Source: a virus (taxonomy: Duplodnaviria; Caudoviricetes). Taken from it: 64,000 bases of DNA. Shown one piece after another: positions 9,421 through 18,752 of the stretch. The notes under the pieces are model-generated. The model searched no databases. It was not told the origin of the DNA and saw only the letters and a list, made by a program, of their open reading frames with translations. Numbering within the stretch: position 1 is the first letter of the stretch; every line of letters starts with the position of its first letter. The DNA is taken from positions 32,001 to 96,000 of IMG/VR virus record IMGVR_UViG_3300028048_000066; one strand, written 5' to 3'. The position numbers and the translations under genes are program-made.

Positions 9421-11340
9421 ATGGATTCAAGAACACTAGAAAAGAAATTAAAGTTTATAGATAATTATTGTGACACAAACAAGAACCCAGCAACACTTTC
9501 ACAAGTTGATGCAAATGCTAATGTAACTTCAAGAAATATTGCAACAATGTCAACAGAATTATCTAAACCAGACTTTATTGATATTAACAGAGCAATAACA
9601 AAAAAGTATTTATTAGCAAAATATGGTCAAGAATTGTGTGACCAGTTTGACAATGACTTAAAGAACCACATTATTTATAGTCACGATGAGACATCAATTA
9701 TGCCATATTGTGTGGCAATTACTTTATACCCATTCTTATTAGATGGATTAAAGAAGTTAGGTGGCACATCTGGTCCACCAAAACACGCAAGTAGTTTCAT
9801 TGGAGGATTATGCAATTTAATTTTCTTAATTGCTGGTCAATTCGCTGGAGCAGTAGCAGTCCCTGAATTTTTACCATATTTAGACCACTTTTTAAGAAAT
9901 GATTATGGTGATAATTATGTAGACCATTTAGATGAACCAGTATGGCATATTGGGAATAATAATTTCACATTAAGACATAATATTGAAGACTTATTTCAAG
10001 AATTTGTTTACTGTATTAATCAACCAGCAGCAGCGAGAGGTTATCAATCACCATTTATGAATATTGCATATTTTGATGAAGGGTATTTTAATTCTATTTT
10101 TAAAGATTTTATCTTCCCTGATGGAGATGAACCTAATTTAGAAACTACGAAACAACTTCAAAAGATGTATATGAAGTGGTTTAACAAAGAGAGAACAAAA
10201 GATGCTATTACATTCCCAGTTGAAACAATGAATTTATTATGGGATAAAGATACTCATAAATATGTTGATGAAGATATGGCAGATTTCACAGCAGAAATGT
10301 GGGCAGAAGGACATTCATTCTTTATGTATAATTCCGATTCAGCAGACGCTTTATCGTCTTGCTGTAGACTAAAGAATGCTATTGATGAAAATGTATTCTC
10401 ATATACACTTGGTGCAGGTGGTGTAGAAACAGGTTCAAAGAAAGTTATCACACTTAACATTAACAGAATTGTTCAAAATTGGTTTAATGAAGAAGTAAAC
10501 TTGAAATATAAGAGAAATAGAAAAACACTTGCAGAGTATATCACTATAATTGTAGATAGAGTGCATAAATATCTTGAAGCGTGGAATGACCACCTTTGGG
10601 CAATGTATGATGCAGGTTTATTAACAGTTTATTCAGCAGGATTTATTCACCTAGATAAACAATATCTAACTATTGGGTTTAATGGGTTTATAGAAGGTGC
10701 AGAGTTCCTTAAAACAATAGATGAATACATACCAAAAGAATATAGAGGTATGGAAATAAGACCAGATAATGAAGCATACAAACAATATGCAAAAGATATT
10801 TTAGGAACAATTAAAGCAAGAAATTTAGAGCATAGAACACAACATTTGAAGTTCAACACAGAACAAGTTCCAGCAGAAAATGCAGGTGCAAAACTTTATA
10901 ATTGGGACAAGAAAGCAGGTTATGTAGTTCCAGAAGGAAGAAACTTATATAATTCATATTTCTACCCAGTTGAAGATGAGAGTTATGACCCTATTACAAA
11001 GATGTATTTACAAGGAACAAACTTCATAGGAAACCTTGATGGTGGAAGTGCTTACCATTGTAATTTAGATAGTTATTTAAGTAAAGAGCAATATAGAAAG
11101 TTGATGGATATTGCAATAGAGTCTGGATGTTCATATTTCACATTTAACATTCCAAATACAATTTGTAATGATTGTGGAAACATTGACAAGAGATATTTGA
11201 AAGAATGTCCAGTATGTGGGTCTAATAATTTAGATTATGCTACTAGAATAATAGGTTATTTGAAACGAATTAGTAATTTTAGTGAGGTTAGACAAATAGA
11301 AGCATCAAAGAGATATTACGGAAATTTATTAGATGATTAA
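9421..11340 (+). CDS. nrdD: Anaerobic (class III) ribonucleoside-triphosphate reductase
   Basis: IYSHD, PYC, SSCCRL, PAE, C-terminal CxxC..CxxC and YATRIIGYL glycyl-radical motif; no ATP cone. Confidence 0.95.
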   Translation: MDSRTLEKKLKFIDNYCDTNKNPATLSQVDANANVTSRNIATMSTELSKPDFIDINRAITKKYLLAKYGQELCDQFDNDLKNHIIYSHDETSIMPYCVAITLYPFLLDGLKKLGGTSGPPKHASSFIGGLCNLIFLIAGQFAGAVAVPEFLPYLDHFLRNDYGDNYVDHLDEPVWHIGNNNFTLRHNIEDLFQEFVYCINQPAAARGYQSPFMNIAYFDEGYFNSIFKDFIFPDGDEPNLETTKQLQKMYMKWFNKERTKDAITFPVETMNLLWDKDTHKYVDEDMADFTAEMWAEGHSFFMYNSDSADALSSCCRLKNAIDENVFSYTLGAGGVETGSKKVITLNINRIVQNWFNEEVNLKYKRNRKTLAEYITIIVDRVHKYLEAWNDHLWAMYDAGLLTVYSAGFIHLDKQYLTIGFNGFIEGAEFLKTIDEYIPKEYRGMEIRPDNEAYKQYAKDILGTIKARNLEHRTQHLKFNTEQVPAENAGAKLYNWDKKAGYVVPEGRNLYNSYFYPVEDESYDPITKMYLQGTNFIGNLDGGSAYHCNLDSYLSKEQYRKLMDIAIESGCSYFTFNIPNTICNDCGNIDKRYLKECPVCGSNNLDYATRIIGYLKRISNFSEVRQIEASKRYYGNLLDD

Positions 11341-11797
11341 ATATTACGATAAAGCGATAGTGATGCAAGAGATACCAGATGAAATATCTCTTGCATTAAA
11401 TATAACTAATTGTCCTCATAGGTGTCATAATTGTCACTCGCCTTATTTAAGAGAAGATATTGGGACAAAATTGACACTTGAGGAATTAGATAAATTATTA
11501 ACAGACAAGATTAACAAGAATGTTACTTGTATTTTATTTATGGGTGGAGATGCTTCACATAAAGATATAATACATTTGACAAACTTTATTCATAACAATT
11601 ATAATTTTAAGGTTGCTATGTATAGTGGTGATGATATAGTTGATTATGAATTGTTGTCTTGTCTTGATTATTACAAATATGGTTCATACCAAGAAGACAA
11701 AGGACCACTAAATAGTCCAACAACAAATCAGGTGTTATTAAAGATTGAGAAAGGAGAAATAAAAGATATTACAAAAAAATTTCAATTATTTTCATAA
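11333..11797 (+). CDS. nrdG: Anaerobic RNR activating radical-SAM protein
   Basis: EIPDEISL, CPHRCHNCHS (CxxxCxxC), MGGD, TTNQ; adjacent to nrdD. Confidence 0.92.
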   Translation: MIKYYDKAIVMQEIPDEISLALNITNCPHRCHNCHSPYLREDIGTKLTLEELDKLLTDKINKNVTCILFMGGDASHKDIIHLTNFIHNNYNFKVAMYSGDDIVDYELLSCLDYYKYGSYQEDKGPLNSPTTNQVLLKIEKGEIKDITKKFQLFS

Positions 11798-11803
11798 ATT
11801 TAG

Positions 11804-11832
11804 TTGACAAATCATAAAAAAACCAGTATAAT
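11804..11832 (+). promoter_or_regulatory. sigmaA/sigma70 consensus promoter
   Basis: TTGACA-N17-TATAAT. Confidence 0.85.
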
Positions 11833-11861
11833 ATTATTAAAGTCAATAGAAAGGAGAATTT

Positions 11862-12428
11862 ATGAAGAATTTAATTATTCAGTTAATTGGTGATTTAGTC
11901 ACTTCAATTTGGTGTATGTGGTCTAATTATAGATTTAGAAACACCGAAAGATTTAGCAAAGAATTACAAGATGATGATAAGGTATCTACTTACAAAGATA
12001 TTCAAGAGTTAATCATTAGATTGTATAGTTGTTTTATTTGGACAGCAGATGACATCACACAGTTAGGTGATGCTATTACTCCACCACCACAAAACTATAA
12101 AACATATTTAACAAAACCATTGAAAGATGACTGTGATGGTTTTCACTCACTTGTATATCATTGTTTATATAACAGTGGTATTGAGTGTTATTTACTTACT
12201 GCAAATGAAATTGGTGGTGGTCATTGTGTATTAACATTTAATCTTAATGATTTGTGGTATGTAATTGATTATAATAAGATTTATGGTGGTTTCCACGACT
12301 TAAAGAGTACTGTTTATGATTATAATAAGCACTATACACAGGTATACAAGTGTAAAGAACCTATCTATAATGGATTTGTAAAGTATAATTATGATAGTGG
12401 AAAGTTTGTTAGAGTAGATTTAATTTGA
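11862..12428 (+). CDS. Transglutaminase-like cysteine protease
   Basis: DDCDGF...GGGHCVL...WYVID Cys-His-Asp triad spacing. Confidence 0.65.
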   Translation: MKNLIIQLIGDLVTSIWCMWSNYRFRNTERFSKELQDDDKVSTYKDIQELIIRLYSCFIWTADDITQLGDAITPPPQNYKTYLTKPLKDDCDGFHSLVYHCLYNSGIECYLLTANEIGGGHCVLTFNLNDLWYVIDYNKIYGGFHDLKSTVYDYNKHYTQVYKCKEPIYNGFVKYNYDSGKFVRVDLI

Positions 12429-12435
12429 GGTGTTT

Positions 12436-13320
12436 ATGACATATAATGATTTTTGTAATGATTATTTAAAACCACTTAACAGATATGCAAATATGATTCC
12501 TAATTGGACTTTTATGACAAAGACACAATTAGCAAATGGATATAGTGATGCAGAATCTAAAAATGATACAGAGGGTATGGCACAATATTTTTCTGCTATT
12601 GTATGTAAGTATTGGGGATTTATTCCATATTTTTGTAGTGCAAATAAAACACTCGCTTTTGATACTTGCTATAATTGGATTGTTGATGGTATTATGAAAG
12701 GCCTTAGATACAAGAGGTGGCAAGACCCAGAATCCGATTTAAGTAAAGAACCAGACGGTGCTAAGAAAGTATTTGATAGATGTATTTGGAGTGTTATGAA
12801 TCAATACTATGTAAACTTAAATAGAGTTAATAATAAAATTATTTCAAAGTCACTTTCACTTGATGCTTTAATAGAGATGAGAGATGTTCCTGAAGATGTT
12901 TTAACTTTATCAAAAGCAAGTTTATATGAAGAAGTGGATGAGTACGATAAACTAGAAAATGAATCTATCGTTGATGATATAATAAATACATACATCAGTA
13001 AGAAGGAAATATTTAAAGCAATGATTGTTGATACTATTTGTTATCAAAATGCTTTCATCAATGAGAATACAAAAGAAGAAACATTCTCTAAAAATTTAGT
13101 TGTAAGAAATATCAACAGTATAAAAAAAGAAGATTATTATATTAACTATTTTTGCTCTAAATATAAATTAAATAAGAATGAAACAAAAGAATCTGTATTA
13201 AGTAGATTAACAGACAGACACTATAATGTAGTTTGTAACTGGTTAAATAAACTTATTGACAGAACACTAGAAGAATTAAAAAGTAATAAAGGTTTAATGG
13301 AGAGTTGTTATGTTGGTTGA
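12436..13320 (+). CDS. Putative phage sigma-factor-like protein
   Basis: AIVCKYW..DGIMKGL..WQDP..FDRCI and SLSLD resemble sigma70 regions 2 and 3.2; GAGGTG RBS before ATG 12436. Confidence 0.45.
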   Translation: MTYNDFCNDYLKPLNRYANMIPNWTFMTKTQLANGYSDAESKNDTEGMAQYFSAIVCKYWGFIPYFCSANKTLAFDTCYNWIVDGIMKGLRYKRWQDPESDLSKEPDGAKKVFDRCIWSVMNQYYVNLNRVNNKIISKSLSLDALIEMRDVPEDVLTLSKASLYEEVDEYDKLENESIVDDIINTYISKKEIFKAMIVDTICYQNAFINENTKEETFSKNLVVRNINSIKKEDYYINYFCSKYKLNKNETKESVLSRLTDRHYNVVCNWLNKLIDRTLEELKSNKGLMESCYVG

Positions 13321-14065
13321 TATTATGGATATGAGTGATTATATAACATTTAATATAAGTCTAGCAAAGATATTTGGACTTAATGCTTCTGTCTATTGTA
13401 GTGAGTTAATTACCATATATAAGAAAGCAGTAAAGAAGAATAAGTTGGTTGATGATGGATTCTTCAAGTTAGATAGAAAATATGTAACAGACAGAACCAC
13501 ACTTACAGTTGAACAACAACTTGCGGTAGACCATTCCTGGATGCTTTGTGGTATTATGAAGAAACACCCAGAGAATCCTGATATTATTAAACTTGATATT
13601 GATTTAATAGTTAGCATTATTACAAGTGAAGACACTAACAAGTTAAGTAAATTATCAAAAGACTTTAAGGTAAGGTCAAAAGATGAAGAAAAACAATTAA
13701 AGAAGAATTTGGTTGTTAAGAGTTTACAAGATAGTATTGAATGTAAGAACTATGAATTACTCACAGCATTAAGGGGTTGGGTTGCATCAATTTATTCAAA
13801 ACCAAATACATATTTATCTAAAGCAATGATTAAAGACTTTCAGAAGACCTTAGATGACTTCGCAAAGGGAGATTTGGATTTGGCATTAAGAATAGTTGAA
13901 ATTGCTTCTACACAATGTTACAAGCAGTGTCAGTGGGCAATTGACCTCTATTTGAAGGATGAAAAACAGAGAAAAGCAAAACAGGAATATGCACAATCAA
14001 GAATAAGAGTTACTACTCAAAAAGTGGCAACAAATGATACAATTAAAAAAGATGTAAAATTTTAA
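13310..14065 (+). CDS. Putative replication initiator / replisome organiser
   Basis: N-terminal LAKIFGLNASVYCSELI..GFF..TTL resembles the winged-helix of phage replisome organisers; upstream of DnaC-like gene. Confidence 0.5.
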   Translation: MLVDIMDMSDYITFNISLAKIFGLNASVYCSELITIYKKAVKKNKLVDDGFFKLDRKYVTDRTTLTVEQQLAVDHSWMLCGIMKKHPENPDIIKLDIDLIVSIITSEDTNKLSKLSKDFKVRSKDEEKQLKKNLVVKSLQDSIECKNYELLTALRGWVASIYSKPNTYLSKAMIKDFQKTLDDFAKGDLDLALRIVEIASTQCYKQCQWAIDLYLKDEKQRKAKQEYAQSRIRVTTQKVATNDTIKKDVKF

Positions 14066-14074
14066 TAAAAGTTC

Positions 14075-14103
14075 TTGACTTTTGTTTTTGAAAGTAGTAT
14101 AAT
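14075..14103 (+). promoter_or_regulatory. Strong early sigmaA promoter
   Basis: TTGACT-N17-TATAAT; 28/30 identical to the promoter at 26656-26685. Confidence 0.85.
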
Positions 14104-14130
14104 AATAGTATCAATGAATGAGGTGTACTT

Positions 14131-14415
14131 ATGACAAGAACATTTAAAAGAGGATATGTAGAAAAAGGTTGGTTTAACTCAATTACTAATAAATGGGTTG
14201 ATGATGAATATGCAGCAACAGTATCCAAAATTAAACAAAACGATGATTTATATTATTGGGAAGACGAGGATGAAGATGAAATTGATGGTGTTGGTGGATT
14301 TGCTACAGAAGAAGAAGCAATTGAATGGATGGTAAGTGAACACCACATCAAAGAATTGTATAATGATGATGGTTTAGTTTGGACTAAATTGAATTACACA
14401 CCAAGTGATGATTAA
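14131..14415 (+). CDS. Hypothetical acidic early protein
   Basis: GAGGTG RBS; GFATEEEAIEW motif. Confidence 0.6.
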   Translation: MTRTFKRGYVEKGWFNSITNKWVDDEYAATVSKIKQNDDLYYWEDEDEDEIDGVGGFATEEEAIEWMVSEHHIKELYNDDGLVWTKLNYTPSDD

Positions 14416-14617
14416 GGAGAATCTGTTTATGAAGATGGATGAAATTTTACAAGAAATCTGGGGATTAGCACATTCACAAGGATTCTATGGAAGATTGTAT
14501 GAAGCAATTATGGAATTAAAAGAAGAAGACCAAGAAGGTTATGAAGAATATAAAAATACATTAGAAGAACAAAACTTCAAAGATGTATTAGATATGGTAT
14601 TATATTTTGAAGCATAA
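14405..14617 (+). CDS. Hypothetical protein (start may be 14429)
   Basis: AAGGAG at about 14414 favours a later start. Confidence 0.6.
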   Translation: MMIKENLFMKMDEILQEIWGLAHSQGFYGRLYEAIMELKEEDQEGYEEYKNTLEEQNFKDVLDMVLYFEA

Positions 14618-14627
14618 GGAGATTTAT

Positions 14628-15113
14628 ATGGAAACAAAATTATTTCATAAAGATGTATATATCCCAGAAGAGTGTTCATTAACCATAAAGCAAATGCAAG
14701 AACAATTCTTTGGTTATAAATTATCAAAGCATTTACAAGACCACATCAAAGATAATGAAACAACCTTTGATAGAAAACACAATTACACAAAAGAAGAAGT
14801 ATTAAGTAAACTTGATACAATTAAAGGCAACCCAAGAGAGGTCTTTGAGGTTGAGATGAGCAGGGATAAAAAAGCATTTAGAACAAAGGACTGGGTTTTA
14901 ACAAAGTTCTGTATTAGAATACCTTTTAATGATAATGATGATATGTGTGTGGCAATTAGACCAGACTATAGTGGTTCTGATGCCTTTTATAGATGGGGTT
15001 TTCTTATTGTGACAATTTGGATTAACTCAAACAGTGACTCACATACAACATTAGATGTTACAAAGTATTGCAGTGAAGAAGATTGGGAGAAAGCAAATGG
15101 AGAACAAAAATAA
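14628..15113 (+). CDS. Hypothetical protein, possible RelE/BECR-like nuclease fold
   Basis: AAGGAG RBS; SKHLQDH..IVTIWIN..DSHTTL pattern. Confidence 0.4.
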   Translation: METKLFHKDVYIPEECSLTIKQMQEQFFGYKLSKHLQDHIKDNETTFDRKHNYTKEEVLSKLDTIKGNPREVFEVEMSRDKKAFRTKDWVLTKFCIRIPFNDNDDMCVAIRPDYSGSDAFYRWGFLIVTIWINSNSDSHTTLDVTKYCSEEDWEKANGEQK

Positions 15114-15783
15114 TTGCTTTTTATTTAATGAGTGCAATCATAGAGATTGCAATAAAGATTTTTGTATGAGATTATACAAGTTGAATTACTTGTATGGTCT
15201 TGCACTATTATCACAACAGCAAAGAAAGCATATTTCTTTAGTTATTGATGATGATGAAACAGACAAAGAAGAGTTTCAAAATCTAAAATCAATTGAAAGT
15301 AATATTCTACGATTCGTAGAGAATGGAGAGAACTTATATCTACATTCAAGAATATGTGGTTGTGGAAAGACAAGTTGGGCATTGAGAATGATTCAAGCAT
15401 ACTTTAATAAAATCTGGCAAAAGAGTGGATTGGTGTGTAGAGCATTGTTTATAAATGTACCTAGATTTCTAATTGAATTAAAAGATAATATTTCAACTAA
15501 GAGTGGGTATATTACATATATAAAGGAAAATGTGTTAAATGCAGATTTGGTTGTTTGGGATGAGATAGGTAGTAAAGGTTTAACACAATATGAACACGAA
15601 AACATTTTGAATCTGCTTAATGCTAGATTAGATATGGGTAAAGCAAATATTTATACATCCAATTTATCAAATGAAGAACTTCACGATAGTGTTGGAGATA
15701 GATTATATAGTAGAATTGTAAACAATAGTATAGATATTCAATTAAATGGGGCAGATAAGAGGGGGATTAAGAATGAATTATAA
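15097..15783 (+). CDS. dnaC: DnaC/IstB-like helicase loader ATPase
   Basis: N-terminal Cys cluster, GCGKT, LVVWDEIG, R..IYTSN, DRLYSRI. Confidence 0.85.
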   Translation: MENKNNCFLFNECNHRDCNKDFCMRLYKLNYLYGLALLSQQQRKHISLVIDDDETDKEEFQNLKSIESNILRFVENGENLYLHSRICGCGKTSWALRMIQAYFNKIWQKSGLVCRALFINVPRFLIELKDNISTKSGYITYIKENVLNADLVVWDEIGSKGLTQYEHENILNLLNARLDMGKANIYTSNLSNEELHDSVGDRLYSRIVNNSIDIQLNGADKRGIKNEL

Positions 15784-16474
15784 TGTATATGAAATTTCAC
15801 CACATTATGCAATAGAGTATTTAAAGAAGAATCACCCAAAACACTCTTGTTGCTCTAATATATTTGTATGTTATGGACTATTTAAAGAAGAAGAGGGTGG
15901 ACTATTTGGAACTCAAGATAAACTTATTGGTGTAGTTGCATACAGAAAACCTTGGAATAAAGGTGTAGGTAAAAGAATATTTGAAAAAGAATATGCTAAT
16001 GGTGTTTTAGAGATACATAGATTATATGTAGAAACTAATGACCCTACAGATGAAATTGTATTGCTTGGACAATCTACAAGACAGTTAAGAGAAAAATATA
16101 AAAACATCTATGCCATTGTTGACTATGCAAAAGGGTATGATAGAATGGTCGTGTACACATTTACGGGTTTCTATGTTAGTGAAGACCACGACAGGTCAAT
16201 TAGACATATTAAGTTTTTGTATAGAACAGAAGAAGAAAAACAAGCACTATTATCTAAATGTAAAGTAGAAGCAATATTAAAGTATGAGGGCTACTTAAAA
16301 GAAACACAGAAGGAAACAGACATTGATTCATTTTTAATTAAATTGGGTCGCATTTGGCATAAAAATAAAAAGTTAAGGTTTGGTCAGTTAATAATGAATG
16401 TGTTTGATAAGCAAGACATCTATAATAAAAAAGATGAAAGTTTTTTAAACGAATTGATTGACTTTTATGAATAG
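15773..16474 (+). CDS. Mom-like GNAT-fold protein fused to a small C-terminal domain
   Basis: YGLF..LIGVVAY..P..LEIHRL..IVDYA..VY..TGF resembles the Mom family; C-terminal IW.K...LRFGQL domain. Confidence 0.5.
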   Translation: MNYNVYEISPHYAIEYLKKNHPKHSCCSNIFVCYGLFKEEEGGLFGTQDKLIGVVAYRKPWNKGVGKRIFEKEYANGVLEIHRLYVETNDPTDEIVLLGQSTRQLREKYKNIYAIVDYAKGYDRMVVYTFTGFYVSEDHDRSIRHIKFLYRTEEEKQALLSKCKVEAILKYEGYLKETQKETDIDSFLIKLGRIWHKNKKLRFGQLIMNVFDKQDIYNKKDESFLNELIDFYE

Positions 16475-16486
16475 AAGTTGTATAAT
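16458..16486 (+). promoter_or_regulatory. sigmaA promoter
   Basis: TTGACT-N17-TATAAT upstream of dnaB. Confidence 0.75.
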
Positions 16487-16504
16487 ATATAGAAAGGAGT
16501 TGAA

Positions 16505-17779
16505 ATGATACAATTACAGTTTCTTAATTATTTACTAGAAAAACAAGATTCATCATTGATTGTGTTAAACAATCTAAATGATGGGTTCTTTTCTGATTAT
16601 AAAAGTGAATTCAATTTTATTAAAAACCACTTAGACCAGTATGGAAATATTTGTGATTTATCAACATTCTTAAATGTATTCCCAGATTTTGAGGTAATTA
16701 AAGTAAATGAGAGTGAAGCGTATTTAATTAAAGCACTCTATGATGACTATAATACAAGAAATATTGCAAGTGTTTTCAATAAGATTAGAACATCTCTTAT
16801 GAGTGGTGATGTTGATAAAGCAATGCAAGACCTTAAGAATGCACAAGAGAATATGGTAGCAGGAGTTTCTATGACTTGTGTAGATATTGCTAAAGATACA
16901 AGTAGATACAATGACTATGTGGAGAGAACACAAGACTTTGGCAAATACTATATCTCAACAGGTTTTAAGGAATTAGATAAAGTTGTAGGTGGGTTTGATA
17001 GAGAAGAAGAATTAGCAACCATTGTAGCAAGAACAAATTATGGTAAATCTTGGATTCTATTAAAGTGTGCATTAGCATCTGCTCAACAAGGACTTAATGT
17101 TGGTATCTATTCTGGTGAAATGTCAGAGAGAAAGGTTGGATATAGAATTGATACTTTACTAGGACATATTAACAATGGTGCTATTATTCACGGTAATGTA
17201 TCTTATCAAAATGAATATAAGAAGTATATAGATGAATTACCACATATGCTTAAAGGCAGTATTAAGGTATTAACACCAAAAATGATTAGTGGTCCAGCAA
17301 CAGTAAACTCATTACAAGTGTTTATTGAGAAAGAGAAGTTAGACATCTTATTTGTAGACCAACTCTCACTATTAGAAGACCAAAGAAAAGGTAAGACACC
17401 TGTAGAAAAAGCATCTAATATTTCAAAAGACTTAAAGAATTTACAAGTAATGAAAAGAATACCTATCATTAGTGTATCACAACAAAACAGAACAAAAGCA
17501 GATGATGGTGTAGATACAACACAAATTGCTCAAAGTGATAGAATTGGTCAAGATAGTACAATGATTCTATTCTTGGAAAAGAAAGATGACATAATGAAGA
17601 TTACATTAGTCAAATCAAGAGATAGTGAAAATGGTAAAGTATTAACATATTGTGTTGACCTTAATCTTGGAAACTTTGTATATATTCCAGATGAGAATGA
17701 TGCAAATGGTGGAGAGGTTGAAGAGGATTATGAAACAAGATACACAGAAAAAGTAGAAGGAGAGGATGTTGATTTCTAA
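16505..17779 (+). CDS. dnaB: Replicative DNA helicase (DnaB family)
   Basis: STGFKELD, ARTNYGKS, SGEM, FVDQL, SQQNR, IGQDS, KSR. Confidence 0.92.
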   Translation: MIQLQFLNYLLEKQDSSLIVLNNLNDGFFSDYKSEFNFIKNHLDQYGNICDLSTFLNVFPDFEVIKVNESEAYLIKALYDDYNTRNIASVFNKIRTSLMSGDVDKAMQDLKNAQENMVAGVSMTCVDIAKDTSRYNDYVERTQDFGKYYISTGFKELDKVVGGFDREEELATIVARTNYGKSWILLKCALASAQQGLNVGIYSGEMSERKVGYRIDTLLGHINNGAIIHGNVSYQNEYKKYIDELPHMLKGSIKVLTPKMISGPATVNSLQVFIEKEKLDILFVDQLSLLEDQRKGKTPVEKASNISKDLKNLQVMKRIPIISVSQQNRTKADDGVDTTQIAQSDRIGQDSTMILFLEKKDDIMKITLVKSRDSENGKVLTYCVDLNLGNFVYIPDENDANGGEVEEDYETRYTEKVEGEDVDF

Positions 17780-18702
17780 TGATTTTAGTAGATGGTAAAG
17801 TATTTAAAGTAGACATTGAATCTATACTAGAAAGAATACAACAAGAACTCACTAATGGTAAGTTAAGAACCTTCAAGAGAAAAACTTCAGGCATTAGTGT
17901 TCCTTGTCCAGTTCATAGTGATGGTATGGAGAAGCATCCATCCTGCTATATCAATGATGATGGCATTTGGCATTGCTTTGCTTGTGGTTCAAGAGGGGGA
18001 ATAGATTCATTTGTAGCACATTGTTTTGAGATTGACCTTAAAGATGCTAGAAAGTGGTTGTATGATAGGTTTGAATTTAATGATAGTGATAAAGAAATTG
18101 ACCTACAACCAATAGTTATAAACAAAAAGAACGAAGTTAAGGTATTAGATGAGAGTATACTTGACACATATCAATCATTTCATCCATATATGACAAAAAG
18201 AAAGTTAAGTCAAGAGATATGTGAGAAGTTTAGTGTTAAATATGACAGCAAATCCGAATCACTTGTCTTTCCAGTATGGGATGAAAAAGGTAAACTTGTA
18301 TTACTAACTAGAAGAAGTGTCAAAAACAAGACATTTATGATAGATGCAAATGTAGAGAAACCTGTATATCTGTTGAATTTCATAGAAAAGGAAAACATAA
18401 AGGATGTAATAGTATGTGAGAGTCAAATAAATGCTTTATACTGCTGGACTTTGGGTTATCCTGCAATAGCACTATTTGGAACTGGTTCAGAACATCAATA
18501 CAAAGTGTTAAATAACTGTGGAATAAGACATTACACACTTGCATTTGATGGTGATGATGCTGGAAATAAGGGTAGAGAGAGGTTTTTGCATAAAATCAGA
18601 GATGATGTATTTGTAGACTGTGTAACTCTACCAAAAGGTATGGATTTAAACGATTTAGACAAAAATGAAATAAAATTTTTGCTCAATCATAGTGTATTTT
18701 GA
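17779..18702 (+). CDS. dnaG: DNA primase
   Basis: CPVH..HCFAC Zn finger; TOPRIM motifs VCES and FDGDDAG; DLND. Confidence 0.9.
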   Translation: MILVDGKVFKVDIESILERIQQELTNGKLRTFKRKTSGISVPCPVHSDGMEKHPSCYINDDGIWHCFACGSRGGIDSFVAHCFEIDLKDARKWLYDRFEFNDSDKEIDLQPIVINKKNEVKVLDESILDTYQSFHPYMTKRKLSQEICEKFSVKYDSKSESLVFPVWDEKGKLVLLTRRSVKNKTFMIDANVEKPVYLLNFIEKENIKDVIVCESQINALYCWTLGYPAIALFGTGSEHQYKVLNNCGIRHYTLAFDGDDAGNKGRERFLHKIRDDVFVDCVTLPKGMDLNDLDKNEIKFLLNHSVF

Positions 18703-18752
18703 GAAAAATTATTGTATAATATAAGTGAAATAAAAAGAAAGGAGAAAAAAGT

